A DNA stretch of 64,000 nt, taken from the NCBI GenBank assembly GCA_964016885.1, contig OZ024741.1, positions 190,092,001-190,156,000 of the forward strand, read 5' to 3'. Shown here piece by piece: positions 25,777 to 39,582 of this stretch. A program made the translations under genes and the position numbers. Each line of letters begins with the position of its first letter. Position 1 is the first letter of the stretch. Source of the DNA: Eledone cirrhosa (lineage: Eukaryota). A model generated the notes under the pieces. That model had not been told where the DNA came from, made no database searches, and worked only from the letters and a program-made list of their open reading frames with translations.

Positions 25777-27823
25777 CATACGCACATACATATATATATA
25801 TATACATATATATATACGCACATACATATATATATATATATACATATATATATACGCACATATATATATATATACATACATACATATTAAGATACACATA
25901 TTTACATATATCTATATATGCACGTATACATATTAAGATTCACATACACATATTTACATACATCTACATATATATTTACACATTTACATACATCTAGATA
26001 TATATATTTACACATTTACATACATCTATATATATATATTTACACATTTACATACATCTATATATATATATTTACACATTTCCATACATCTATATATATA
26101 TTTACGCATTTACATACATCTATATATATATTTACACATTTACATACATCTATATATATTTACACATTTACATACATCTATATATTTACACATTTACATA
26201 CATCTATATATTTACACATTTACATACATCTATATATTTACACATTTACATACATCTATACACATTTATATACATATTTACACATTTATATACATATTTA
26301 CACATTTATATACATATTTACACATTTATATACATATTTACACATTTATATACATATTTACACATTTATATAGATATATACATATTTACACATTTATATA
26401 GATATATATATATTTACACATTTATATAGATATATATATATATTTACACATTTATATAGATATATATATATATTTACACATTTATATAGATATATATATA
26501 TATTTACACATTTATATAGATATATAGATATTTACACATTTATATAGATATATAGATATTTACACATTTATATAGATATATATATATTTACACATTTATA
26601 TACATATATATATATTTACACATTTATATAGATATATATATATATTTACACATTTATATACATATATATATATATTTACACATTTATATAGATATATATA
26701 TATTTACACATTTATATAGATATATATATATTTACACATTTATATAGATATATATATATTTACACATTTATATAGATATATATATATTTACACATTTATA
26801 TAGATATATATAGATATTTACACATTTATATAGATATATATAGATATTTACACATTTATATAGATATATATAGATATTTACACATTTATATAGATATATA
26901 TAGATATTTACACATTTATATAGATATATATAGATATTTACACATTTATATAGATATATATAGATATTTACACATTTATATAGATATATATAGATATTTA
27001 CACATTTATATAGATATATATAGATATTTACACATTTATATAGATATATATAGATATTTACACATTTATATAGATATATATAGATATTTACACATTTATA
27101 TAGATATATATAGATATTTACACATTTATATAGATATATATAGATATTTACACATTTATATAGATATATATAGATATTTACACATTTATATAGATATATA
27201 TAGATATTTACACATTTATATAGATATATATAGATATTTACACATTTATATAGATATATATAGATATTTACACATTTATATAGATATATATAGATATTTA
27301 CACATTTATATAGATATATATAGATATTTACACATTTATATAGATATATATAGATATTTACACATTTATATAGATATATATAGATATTTACACATTTATA
27401 TAGATATATATAGATATTTACACATTTATATACATTTACACATTTATATACATATATATATATTTACACATTTATATACATATATATATATTTACACATT
27501 TATATACATATATATATATTTACACATTTATATACATATATATATATTTACACATTTATATACATATATATATATTTACACATTTATATACATATATATA
27601 TATTTACACATTTATATACATATATATATATTTACACATTTATATACATATATTTACACATTTATATACATATATATATATTTACACATTTATATACATA
27701 TATATATATTTACACATTTATATACATATATATATTTACACATTTATATACATTTACACATTTATATACATATATATATTTACACATTTATATACATATA
27801 TATATTTACACATTTATATACAT

Positions 27824-27884
<61 letters not shown>

Positions 27885-27885
27885 T
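25745..27885. repeat. About 2.1-kb compound AT/AC satellite with a perfect 30-bp core (cacatttatatagatatatatagatattta x20, 26821-27420)
   Basis: Directly visible. The unit changes gradually along the array. Confidence 0.97.
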
Positions 27886-27964
27886 AGATAATAATACAGT
27901 AAAAAATATATCAACAATTGCTTTTTGTTATTACTGAAGAAAAAAAAAAGTGAAATTTATTTAC

Positions 27965-28026
27965 CTTTCTGTAAATAGTTCAAAATCACCAACAAGATCA
28001 CATATACGCAGACCATTCCTTGTTGC
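27965..28026 (-). CDS. ADSS: ADSS exon E (62 nt; ATRNGLRICDLVGDFELFTE-R)
   Basis: A.R.GLR.CDL motif. gctag| and |gtaaat boundaries. Phase 0/2. Confidence 0.95.
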
Positions 28027-28644
28027 CTAGCAATCATATCAAAACATTATTTAGTTTATGTACATAAAATATTAATACATTTTTGTTATGGTACAAATAT
28101 CTTTAGGATTACATTTGTCAGCCTCAATTGAGTATATCTATCATTAAAGGTGTTCCAGCTTCTACAATCCTGTCTTATTTTTCTAGGCCTATCATGGACT
28201 ACATTATCCAATGATTTTTTTTTTTTCCAGCAATGACAGGAGTAGGAGGGAGCTTTGATTATTATTTTTGGCAGGCCAAGTGACCATGTAAAATCTCCTT
28301 CGGGTTTGTATCAGCAGAAATGTTAACTAGTTAATTACTTTTAAATATATACAAATTTCTATTATTCTAGTTTCACCCTTTTTGTGACACTACTTCTCTT
28401 GAAATACTCTTAATTCTGAAAACGAGCAAGAATTTTGAGGCATTTAGTAAAATAACTTATTTATCAAGCTGTTTGAAATGTTATTTAATAATAGACTGAT
28501 TTATACTAACTGTTGCTATTGTTTAGCATCAAGTCAGCTCCACTCCAGCAGACATAACCAAATTCAAAACTATTATGTCTTGTCCCTTTATTCAGATATA
28601 CTATTCTAAGATTATACTACTTTATGGCTTTTTTAACTCTTCTG

Positions 28645-28860
28645 GCCTTGTGGTATCATAATGTCATGGGTTTCATTCCTAGACTGGATTGTGTGTTGTG
28701 TTCTTGAGCAAAACACTTCATTTTACATTGCTCCAATATACTCAGCTGAAAATGAGTTCCAGCAATAGCTGGGGGGTTTAACCCTGCAGTGGACTGGCAT
28801 CCTGTCCTTAACGCCATAGAAACCAGCATAAGCACAGGCCTGATGAACCTTTGGGCTCAA
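28645..28860 (+). mobile_element. Decayed CORE-SINE with a different tail
   Basis: gtgttcttgagcaaaacacttcattttacattgctccaa..ctcagctgaaaatgag CORE domain. Confidence 0.6.
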
Positions 28861-29205
28861 AACAGATTTTAGAGATACCAAACTGTCTGAAATCACACCT
28901 GGTTCTACAAGGCAAAGCAGTTTATATTAAAGCATTTATATTTATCTAAACATCTTCCACCATAATTGTATGTAAGAATCTGTTAAATTATGTTCCAAAC
29001 ACCACCTTAATAAGAGAAAGTTATTCAGATTAAATCCCTACAAATACTTAATTATTTGAAAATCATACGTAGTATTTTTTATTAGAAATATTGTAATGAA
29101 ACGGTTTAAGACAGTAGAGTAAGATTGGAAAGAGGTTTGGTTACTTTCTCTAGCAGGTCACACAGCCACATAGAGGTGGGACTTGGTTTGTACTCATATT
29201 TTCAT

Positions 29206-29642
29206 TTAACCCTTTAGCATTTAAACCGGCTGTATCCGGCCAGAATTCTCCCACCTCTTTCTGTTCAAACTGGCCAAAACTGGCTACTCATACCAACGTT
29301 AAGGTATTGTTCTCAAAATAAATAATATCAAAATCTCAGATTCAATATTATGCGAGATAATTATGTGAAATAAAGCCTTTACCATGAAAATACAATAGTA
29401 AATATAGAGTAATATAAATGCGAAAGGGTTAACCTTTTAACATTAAACTGGCCAAAATTCTCTACCTCTTTCTGTTCAAACTGGCTGTAACAGGCTGCTC
29501 GAACTGATGTTAAGGTATTGTTTTCAAAATAAATACTTTCAAAATCTCATAGATTCGATATTATACGAGATTATGTGAGATAAAGCATATACCATGAAAA
29601 TATAATAGTATATATAGAGTAATGTAAATGCTAAAGGGTTAA
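29206..29642 (-). mobile_element. Two MITE family 1 copies in tandem sharing a TTAA (29429-29432)
   Basis: TTAA-MITE-TTAA-MITE-TTAA arrangement. Confidence 0.88.
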
Positions 29643-29689
29643 GGAAAAAAAATTTGATGGACAAACTACTCGCATGCTAATGAAGGATC

Positions 29690-29880
29690 CTCTACAGGCC
29701 TACCTAACCTGCTTAAAATAGCAACTAATTTCCTTTAAACAAGTTTTAAAAAAGGAAGTCACACTGGATTGGGTAATGCAGACCTAGATATATGTCAGGG
29801 TAAAAGACAACAAAAAATCTTGCTGATTTATGGGTCTCTATTGAATACGAACTAAGTTGAAACTAAATAACAACAGCTTC
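29690..29880 (+). repeat. Unclassified dispersed repeat (other copies about 34215-34420, 42340-42470, 55440-55640; minus strand about 28140-28310, 61740-61860)
   Basis: Shared ctgctagaaatagcaactaa...tcttaaaaa.gga...acattgga..tgtag motif. Confidence 0.55.
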
Positions 29881-30576
29881 CTATACAATATCCCTTAAGC
29901 TAAACCTTTTATCAGAATATATCAACTGCATCTTTTCTGAATGAAAGACATCATCAGGAGTATAAATGACTTAATCAGAGCCCTGTCCGTTTTGCAGGAA
30001 ATCACAGATTTGTGATGGAAAATGGCAAAATTTATCCTCAGAGAGGAGACTATTTTAAATATTTACCAAATTGTGAACTGGCAGATTTGTTAGAATGCTG
30101 GATAGATCCCACCGAGGTCATCTTTGTCATTTGTCTTTTCAATGTCAATAAATAGAGTACCAGTTTAGTACTGTGGTTGATTCTTCTTCTATATCTTTCT
30201 CACTTCCTTTCACTTTCTCTTGAAGAAATCGTCTGTATTTAGACTTGGAGAGAGATGTGCTCCACCAGGTTTGCTCAAGATACACTATATTTAAGTACAG
30301 CACCCCTACTGAGGAGTTAAGGGCCTGTGACGTGACAGTAAAGTGGATTACTATAAAGACATGCAACAGCCATATGGGGCATTAATCAATCTATGATCGA
30401 AGAACATGTAAAATCCATCTGACAAGTTCCTGCAGAGTTTCTATCAACTCAATTGCACTCCCAATGTTTAGGTTGACCGAACTTCTTAACTAGACAGTCA
30501 TGTTAAAAAAACTCCCCATTTTAAAACTCAGTAAAAACCTCTCAGAAATTCAAAATCAACAACAGATTTTGCATAC

Positions 30577-30622
30577 CTTAGAAGCATATGTTGGACCAAT
30601 TCCCTTTTTTGTAGTTCCAATT
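30577..30622 (-). CDS. ADSS: ADSS exon D (46 nt; IGTTKKGIGPTYASK)
   Basis: ADSS active-site signature GTT..GIGP.Y..K. Poly-T tract + tag| acceptor, |gtatgc donor. Phase 2/0. Confidence 0.96.
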
Positions 30623-31469
30623 CTAAAAAAAAAAAAAATTAAAAAAATAAAAAATAAAATAGTAGGTAGTAAAAACTGCTTTGAAAACATTATAAACAAC
30701 TGAAATTAAAGCAGAAGACAGCTCAAACCAAAATATTGATGAACAATAAACATTAATTGAGTAGAAGCATGGTTAAGTGATTAAAAAGATCGCTTTGTAA
30801 CCATGAAGTCCTGGGATCAAGATCAATATCATTATACAATCCTTTGGGCAAGTGTCTTCTGTCATAAACCTGAGTTCCCCAATGTTTTGTGATAATTATT
30901 TGGAAGCTGTAAAGCATGCAAAGGCCACACACCACCTGACTCCTCTTTACAGTTTTTCTCTGACATTCATGAGCACCACATCCAATGGAACATGCTCACT
31001 TTATTTATTTCTTGACTTAGTACATCCTCTTTATTCAGTAAACATGTTTTGCTACTATGCTATAAGGTAATTCATACAAAAACATTATACAATCTGCCCT
31101 AAATTTGAAGAAAAAAATCCTTTCATTGCTAGTAGAAATAATAACCTTTTACAATCTGTTCTTACTCCAATAACTAAGCTTCGAAACACCCACCTCTTGA
31201 ACAAATTAGGTCACCTAGGTAACAGAAGCTATCAGCTAGTTCTTGGGAGCTTTTCATGCATTTGAAAGAATTTATTTCCTGAATGCTTTTACTGCTAACT
31301 ACTTCTGTGTATCTGCTATGTACACATTCCTTCTTTTCTGTCAATCTGACTGTGATCCCACTTGCACTTTACATTAGGTACATAATATAAAATTCCTGCC
31401 TACAACTTTTTTTGCATATAGCAGAGTTTTACATTCCCCACTCCCCCAAGCCTAAGTTTACTCTTAGAC

Positions 31470-31780
31470 ATCTAATGTTAAGCTTTGCTTCTTCATTTAA
31501 GCTTTTACTGTCTCTGATAAATTTGGTTGATAAGAACTAGGTCATTGGCATACAGGAACCTCCACAGACAGCAAGTTTTGAATTTCTCTTATGGTCTGGG
31601 GAACTTTAAAAAATGCTGGGGGAAGGGGGCTTGAGAACTGAGTCCTAATAGCTATCGAGCTGGCAGGATCCCTGTACATAGCTTACATGGCTCTCAAATG
31701 TCATTCATTTATATGCAGTTTGCTCATCAACCACCATACTAAGATCTTCTCCAGATCAACAAATGTAAGGTATGGAGAGT
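31470..31780 (-). mobile_element. Highly decayed RTE RT fragment
   Basis: The reverse strand reads CLWRFLYANDLVL (compare CPWELLYADDLVL) and LTFVDLEK. Confidence 0.6.
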
Positions 31781-32677
31781 TATAATAAAATCCAAGTTAC
31801 TAGACAAAGTATTAGAGTTGATCATAAAAAGTTGGCTAACAACCACCCCATTGAAAGCAGTGTTTTTTTTTATGCCATATCTTCAATGAAAAACACAATC
31901 TATGCTTTTCAATTGATTTTTTTTAATCAACAATTTGAAGGAATTTAGTAAAATAACTAACTAACCATATTAAACTAGAGAAGAGATTTGTCAGCATGAA
32001 ATTGAAACGGTTTGGGGCAGATGGTATCAAAAGGGTTAAGAGTTTAATAACCACTACCTCTTATCAGGTGTGTTTTGGGGGGTTTTTTTTGTTTTGTTTT
32101 TTGTTTTAATGCTGATGGAATAAGGAAATTTGATAATTTGACATTTTTTTTTCATTTATTTATTGTTTTGTTCAAGATTGAGGAGATGGAAACAGCTGAT
32201 GTTCCTGAATATTCAAATGTTGGCAGCTGCAGAAACAACATAGTACACAGAAGCAATTAAAGGCCGGAAATAGTGGTTTAGTTTAATAAAGGAACATCAG
32301 GCTCTTAATAGTGGAAGCCATGAGTCACTTTGGGACACGATGACATATATATACATAAGTACATGCACTCACAGTGATTGATTTAGGCCGAAACATTTTA
32401 CATAGCTAGCCGATAACAAACTGAGCTTGCTTGGAATGCACTGAGTTTGATTACAATAATCAGTTGTGCCTGGCTTTCCATTCTGGCATCTACAGTTTTT
32501 TTTCTATCAAATTTTTCTCATTATACATTGATCAACCCGAACTATAGAAGACACTTGCCCAAAGTGCCACACAGCAGGACTGAACCCAGGACCAACTGGT
32601 TGCAAAGCAAACTCCTAAACAACTCAGCCATTAATTTGTAAAAAAAAATACATTTTTTTTTATTTATAAATACTCAC

Positions 32678-32735
32678 GAGTGTCTTCCTCTTTTCAATTC
32701 TTGTACACCATCAAGTTTCATGTGAAGATCAAAGA
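32678..32735 (-). CDS. ADSS: ADSS exon C (58 nt; VFDLHMKLDGVQELKRGRH-S)
   Basis: VFD.H...DG.QE motif. tctag| and |gtgagt boundaries. Phase 1/2 fits the neighbours. Confidence 0.93.
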
Positions 32736-33000
32736 CTAGAGAATAAAACAATGAAATATTTATTAAAACAAATTCCATGGATTTAAGAAATAAATTCAAC
32801 ACAAACTCATCTGAGATCATGATTCAATCTCTAACTCTTAACATCCTGTACCACATAAAATCATAGTAGCAATACATTCTAGAAAGGTACAAAACATTAA
32901 GTTGATGTTAGGAACATAAAAGATCTTACAAAAGTTTTTAGATAAATATAAAATCTGACTATAATGAAAAATCGAAGTCTATACTTTAGTTTACTGTAAA

Positions 33001-33188
33001 TAATTGTTTCTAGTTTAGGCACAAGGCCAACAATTACCCAGTGTATTACTGGTACTTTATTTTATCGACCCCATAAGGATGAAAGGCAAAGTTAACCTCG
33101 GCGGGATTTGATCTCAGAATGGCAAGGGCCGTAACTATGCGTCAAAGCATGGCGTCCGACCCTCTACCGATACTGCCAATCCACCGCC
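33001..33188 (-). mobile_element. Full-length young Meta-type SINE
   Basis: CpG-rich reverse complement of the 41034-41222 consensus. Confidence 0.85.
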
Positions 33189-33748
33189 TGTAAATAATGA
33201 AGAGAAATTTTAATTGACAAACCTACTTTTTTTAAATATGTTCTGCTAAAACAGAATATTTAAGAATGAAAGTATTAATAGCAATTGAATTAAAATCTTC
33301 AGCTGTAGTCCCATTATGATACAAAATATAAGAGATAAAACATCTTTTATCTATTTCATTATCATATTTATAATGAAAGACACTACCTATGATTTTCAAT
33401 TAATTTTTTTTTTAATAATCAAGAATTTGGAGCAATTTTGTAATATAAATAATTATCTAACTCATAAAGTTGATGTTTGGGACATAAAACTATGATGGTA
33501 AGTTTTTAGATAAATATAAACTCTTTAAAATATATAGTTTTGTATCATAGAATCAGGGCCAGTTTCAGATAATATTAACTCTGGATAATAAACTGAGTTA
33601 AAATTTGGGGCAGTGGATTGGCAGAATCAGTAACAAGGTAGACATAATGCCTAGTAGTATTTATTTATATCCCCTTACATTGAGTTTATGTCCCACCTAC
33701 AGCCCATTATCTTTTATCAGTGAAGACATAATTGTCTTATTTTCATGA

Positions 33749-34002
33749 TTAACCCTTTTGATACCAAACCACTTGAAACCACCCTTAGTTCTATGATACA
33801 AACTTTGTTTTTAAGTGTTTTTATTTATCTAAAGCCTTCCATCATCATTTTATGTAATAATCTTTAAGTTATGTGCCAACACCAGCTTAATAATGAGAAA
33901 ATTAGTTATTTTAGAAAACCCTTCCAAATTCTTGGTTATTTTCAAAATGATTTGAAAACTATAAAGTGTTTTTCATTAGAAATATGGTATCAAAAGAGTT
34001 AA
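33749..34002 (+). mobile_element. piggyBac-type MITE family 2 (best copy; decayed copies about 28870-29110, 48410-48600, 53218-53613, 53811-54040, 54200-54376, 55850-56091)
   Basis: TTAA-cccttttgatacca ... tggtatcaaaagag-TTAA. Confidence 0.82.
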
Positions 34003-35786
34003 GGTATAAGCAAGTTAGTGTTACTTCACTAAACCTCTTGAGTAATTCTTCATTATTTTGAAAATTGAAACAAAGGCAAAATATGAGAATAATGATAAAG
34101 GGGGTTAATATAAACAATGATATCATTAGCAGGGGCTGTTCAGTTGCTACAATATGGGATTAAAAAAAGGCTGACTTTGGAGGGTGAACCACTTTAGTGT
34201 TGCTGCTGTAACATATGGAGGGACCTTCTCCACATAACCTGCTAGAAATAGCAACTAAGTGTCCCGCAAATCACACCTAACATCTTAAAAAGGGAGGCAT
34301 ACATTGATCGATGTAGGACAAGACATAAAACAAAGAAGTGAGATGACTAAAACGAGAATGTCTTTATTTAATGATAAGCCTGATGAATGAAGAATGACCA
34401 AAAGCTAATCAATAACATACTCAATACAATGTGCTAGTATGTTTTATGGCTTAGTCTAATGAGCTTCCAAGACTGATGGGAAGAAGAGAGGAATCATCCA
34501 CAGATTGGAGATCTCATCTGAATGCATGTAACAGAAGAGACATTGCTGATGGTATCCAAAGGCCAGGTGATGGTGTTAAACGAAACAATGGATTTAGTAT
34601 ATGACAAAAACACAGGAACAGTCCAACCAAGGGAATTCTACAGTTTCTGTAAATGAAAGTTCACTCACAACGTTTTGATTGACTTTCTTTCAAAAGGTGT
34701 GTGCAAAACATTAAACATCTGAGACAATCCATGCCAATATGGGAAAACATGTTCAAACATGATATCACCAACAAAAATAGTCTATTCAAATGGAAGTGCA
34801 AAACACGTGTGTGTTTCTCCTGTAAGTTGGGGGTGCATGTGCCTTCATATGAGTGTGTGTCTTTATACAAGTGCCTATGCCCTTATACGAGAGCATTTGC
34901 CTTCATGTGAGTGCATGTGTCTTAACCACTTCAGTGCCATAGACTGTGCCATGCAACTGTAGCCGTGTAAAATATACACGGCAGCCAGCAGGTTAATATG
35001 ATTGCATGTGCCTTCATATGAATGTACATCATATGCTCTTGAACAAAACACTAAATTATTCTTGCTCCTGTATACTTGACTGGAGTAAAAAGGACAGGTT
35101 CCACACCCAACTTGAAATACTCTTGTTAATCCAAGAATAAAAGGTAAAATAAACTCGAGTGAGATTTGAACACAGAATATGAAGATCCAAATACTAAATG
35201 CCTACTGCAAGATCTTTTGTTAAGTGTCCAAACAAGTCTACCATCCCATTTCCCTCACTCTTCTTGACTATGTTGAGCACAATAAAAAGACACACCACAT
35301 GAGCTTTGATAACAGGACTTGTGTTTGCAATGTTCTTTCATTACATCTTTCAAAGTTAATATCTAGGAATGCTACTCTTCAAAGTAACCTTTTGGCCATT
35401 GGGGCTTACACCCACATCTGCTCTTAACCCTTTTGAAATCAACCCGCCCAAAAAAGTCTCAGATTCTATGACACAAAAATCACCTCTTTTAATGGGGTTT
35501 CTATTTAAATTCAAATTACGCACGCGCGCAGATGTGCACAACAGGCTTCTGCACAATTTCCCCCTGCCAAATTTCACTCAGATAATATAGTTAAATCCAG
35601 GGCTATAGTTAAATCCAGGGCTATAGTTAAATCCAGGGCTATGGTAAAAGACAGACTCTTACTCTAAACCACATTATTGTGAAGTAAACAATCATATGGC
35701 AATATCTTTGCAAATAAATACTGCCATGAATTTTTGTTGGCTACCATTATCAATTCCACCATTAATAATAGAAATTAATGATTTAC

Positions 35787-35900
35787 CCAGATGAGCACGG
35801 TTTGAAATCTTCAAACGGTTCTGCCAGTTAGGAAGACCCTTAGCAGCATTTTTTTCAATTTCATGGAACAATTCGGGCAGGTTAACTACAACACCATTAC
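35787..35900 (-). CDS. ADSS: ADSS exon B (114 nt; [39 protein letters not shown])
   Basis: GNGVV and RL.IS.RAHL motifs. tgcag| and |gtaaat boundaries. Phase 1/1, in frame with both neighbours. Confidence 0.96.
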
Positions 35901-36094
35901 CTGCAATACAGCAAAGAAAACATTTATGATGATGAGGTGGAAAAGGATATACAACATCAAATATTTAATTATAATTGTAGAAATACTAATTACAGTAAAG
36001 AGAGGAGAATCTTAACTCAATGATTAATATTTTCAGCAAGTACAAGATAACATTGATTTTATTTAACCACCTCAGAGAAGCATAAACTTTACTC

Positions 36095-36425
36095 TTTCCT
36101 TCTTTCTTGTTGTGTCCACAATTACAAAGCTTGGCTAGATGTGGTTCCGCCACAGCTGAACACATTACTGCCCTTTCTCATTAAACTCTGCCAAGTCCAA
36201 TGCAGTACAGGGATGTCCCAGCAGGGGGCATATCAGGAGGTGCTGCGTAATCTGTTGTTCGATGCTGCAGACACACACAACGTCCCCATCTTTTAAATAT
36301 CCCCATTTTGCAAGGGTGACTTTTGCACGTCCAACACCAGATCTTAGTCTGTTACAGCATTTCCATACTGCATAGTCTGTATCTGCTCCAGCGGGAAATA
36401 CCTCGCTTGCCTTTAGCTCCATTAT
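36095..36425 (-). mobile_element. Vingi/Ingi-type LINE 3' end
   Basis: PAGAD..YAVWKCCNRLRSGVGRAK...AKWGY.....C.C.....HLLICP...PCT..DL matches the Vingi C-terminal CCHC region. Short UTR ending ggacac..(aag)n. Confidence 0.7.
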
Positions 36426-36544
36426 TGTTACTGATGGGAGTTGTTATGTTTGTCTTCCCAGCGAGTGACTCTTTCACTACTTAGCTTGATGTTAAGTAGT
36501 GATAAGAAAATCACTAAATATGATTATAGCTTTATAATGGTAAT

Positions 36545-36800
36545 AATGAAAATTATTGTGTACAGTGCTCAGGTGCACTACAACATCGAAGGTGCATGTA
36601 TGGTGCATAAAATAAGGTACAAATGTCAGGAAAGTGAACAGTCATGATATACACACAAACACACGCATGCATGCATGCATGCATGTGTATGAAGGGGGAA
36701 TATCAGGTGTAGTGTTAGCGAATTTCAAGTAGCATGGAAGTTTTGAAGGATGCAGTGTCCCAACAGCTAACAATTGATGCAGGTAGTTTGTTCCATAACC
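36545..36800 (-). mobile_element. CR1/L2-like LINE 3' end
   Basis: The reverse strand encodes WNKLPASIVSCWDTASFKTSM, the WN.LP..VV......FK C-terminal motif of the CR1 group. Confidence 0.7.
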
Positions 36801-37049
36801 AGAGTAGGGGTAGAGAGCACGATTTAAAAGAGATAAAATAATTACTGTGATGCGTGAAATTCACCAGTTAAATAGTGATAAAAATATTTGATGCAAAATA
36901 TCAAATAAGATTTTTTTTAATCTAATTAGAAATATGTAGTGAGGAAAAGACAACCCAAAATTTATGACTGGTGAGCATGGGAGACAACCCCAGATGTTTC
37001 AATCTTACAGAGTGTAGCTGTAACTATGACAACACTGTAGGAAACAGTA

Positions 37050-37516
37050 TTTACTCACCTATAACATCACATGAAGTGAAGTGAAGTAACGTAACCATGG
37101 CAATGCCTATATTTACCTATAAACAGCACATGGGTGTAGATTATTGTAACCATGGCAATGCTTATACTTAACTACGATTGCCAAGTTAGGCCAATTAGCC
37201 ATTAAGGTCAATTAGCCATTAAGGTCAATTAGCCATTAAGGCCAATTTGAGGGAGGGAAAGTCGATTAAATTGATCCAAGTACTTAACTGGAACTCGATT
37301 TCATTGACCCCGGATGAAATGCAAAGTTAACATCAGCAAGATTTGAATTTAGAAAGCAAAGAGCAAAAACAAATGTCACAAAGCATTTTAGCCAACGTTA
37401 TGAGTCTGCCAATCCAACGCCCTTATACTCATCTATAACATCACATGTAGTGTGCATTATTGTAACCATGGCAAAGCCTATACTCATCTATAACATCACA
37501 TGTAGTATGGATTATT
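37050..37516. repeat. Degenerate about 55-bp tandem repeat derived from the ADSS exon A donor junction, interrupted by a 17-bp x3 repeat and a Meta-type SINE (about 37245-37422, minus)
   Basis: Units tggcaa.gcctatactca.ctataacatcacatgt match 39564-39613. Confidence 0.8.
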
Positions 37517-37699
37517 GGAAAATATATGTTTAGAAAGGCTCTACAGGATGCATATGATGAGAAGAGAGAAGTTAGATGCATATAATATAGAGGGCAATTG
37601 GAAATTCTTGCGTAACAACCTACTGCAAACTACTGATGAGACTTAGCCATTAAGGTCAAGAAACAGGTGTGGAAAGACTGGAAAATGGGATTAGCCGAG

Positions 37700-39545
37700 A
37701 CTATTACCAGGTAGCTAAGACAGAAGCTAGACAATAGGTATGCACAGCTTCGAGAGGGGTTGAAGAAAAAAAAGTTTGCCAGTGTCTTGAGACATGAAGA
37801 TCAAAGATGCAAAGTGTTCCATATTGCAAGGCAGTGTGTCAGTGTGAATCAAGATGTTGGTGAAAAGTAATTTCGAAATGACACTGATGCACCACGGATG
37901 CTCAAAAGAAAGAGGCCCGAAAATGTCATTATGAGAGGCTGATGAATGTGGAGAAAGAATGGAAGGAGAAGAGACTACTTTTAACTTATCCAACAGAGGG
38001 ACCAGCTCAGTTATTGTATCAAAAAAGCAACCAGGGAGATGAAGAATGGTAAAGCACTTAGAGGAGAAGTATGAGCTAAACTAGTAACCCGCATAGTCAA
38101 TCAGGTAATACAGGACGGAGTCACACCCAATGACTAGCACAGCAGTACAATCATAAATTACTACAATAGTAAAGGTGATGCTCTAAGAAGCAACTACAAA
38201 GAAATAAAACTAATGGATGAAGTTATGAAAGTGATGGAAAGCGTTCTAACACAACTAATTAGTCAAATTAGATGAGATGAAGTTCAGGTTTATGCCTGGG
38301 AAAACTACTACAGATGTCTTCTTCTTCGTGAGAAAAATACAAGAAAAGTTCTAAGCCAAGAATAAGCTGCTATATTTAGCTTTTGTTGATCTAGAACAGG
38401 CCTTTGACAGAGTCCCTCGATCTATTATCTGGTAATCTTAAAGGAAATTAGATGTAGAAGAATGGCTTGTGAGAGCAGTGCAAGTCATGTACAGAGGAGC
38501 TGTCAGTAAAGTGAAAGTAAGAAGTGAGTTTAGTGAAGAATTCAAAATACAGGTAAGAGTTCATCATGGTTCAATTCTTAGCCCACTGTTGTCCATCATA
38601 GTTCTCCAGCCCATAACAGAAAAGTTTAAAAACTGACTGTCCATGGGAACTTCTCTATGTAGATGATCTGGTTCTTACAGCTGAATCCATAAAATAACTA
38701 AAGTATAGGTTCTGACAATGGAAACAGAATTTACAATCAAAATGGCTAAAAGTAAACTTAGAAAAAAACTAAAGTGTTGGTAAGCAGAAAAGACAGACTG
38801 ACTTTGATCCCATCACAGAAGTGGTCCTGTTTGATATGCAGAAAGGGAGTAGAAATAAACAATACAATGTACACAAGAGGTGTAGAGGGATAGCAGGCAG
38901 ACCAGGAAAAGAAGTCTTAATATGTACTAGATGCACAGGGGTAATCGATAGAAAGAGCATCAATCACATGAAGGATCCATAGAAGTGGTTGATAGCTTCT
39001 GCTATATAGGTGACCTAATTAGCAGTGGAGGAGGGTGCTCCGAGAGCATAGAATAAGGAAACGATGGAAGAAGTTTAGAGAGCTACTAACTCTTGACAAC
39101 AAAGATTTCTCCCTACATACAAAAGGATGACTGTATGGTGCTTGTGTGCAAAGTGTGATGCTGCGTGGTAGTGACTCCAGAAGACATGTAGACTGGAGAG
39201 AAATGAAGCAACCATGCTTTGTTTTGATGTGCAGTGTAAATGTGAAAGAAAGAGAGCTTGGACGAGCTGAGGGAGAAGCTGGGTTAAAGAGGAGTCTGAA
39301 AAAGTGTGAAGGCTAGAAGACTCCATTGGTATGCGCATATGATGCCCATGGATGATGATCACTGGATTAAGAATTGCCAGTAAATCCCAGGGAAGCCACA
39401 GTAGAGGTAGTACACAGAAGACCTAGGTGGAGGCGGTGAAAGCTGATCTCAAATCGCTGTGGCTCACAGGGGAGATAAAGGAACATGACAAGTGGAGAGA
39501 TGCTGTGCTGAATCCATGAAAGTGTAGAAAAACAGATGTAAATAC
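37700..39545 (+). mobile_element. Decayed RTE-clade LINE (RT pseudogene), antisense to ADSS
   Basis: FMPGKTTTD, LAFVDLEQAFDRVPR, VHHGSILSPLL and CPWELLYVDDLVL motifs, with many stops and frameshifts. Confidence 0.9.
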
Positions 39546-39582
39546 AATGATAATTAATGGTGGTGGCAATGCCTATACTCAC

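Noticed and set aside
23083-35642. Short tandem duplications (about 28 bp x2 at 23083; 18 bp x3 at 35586)
   Set aside because: Ordinary slippage duplications with no sign of function.
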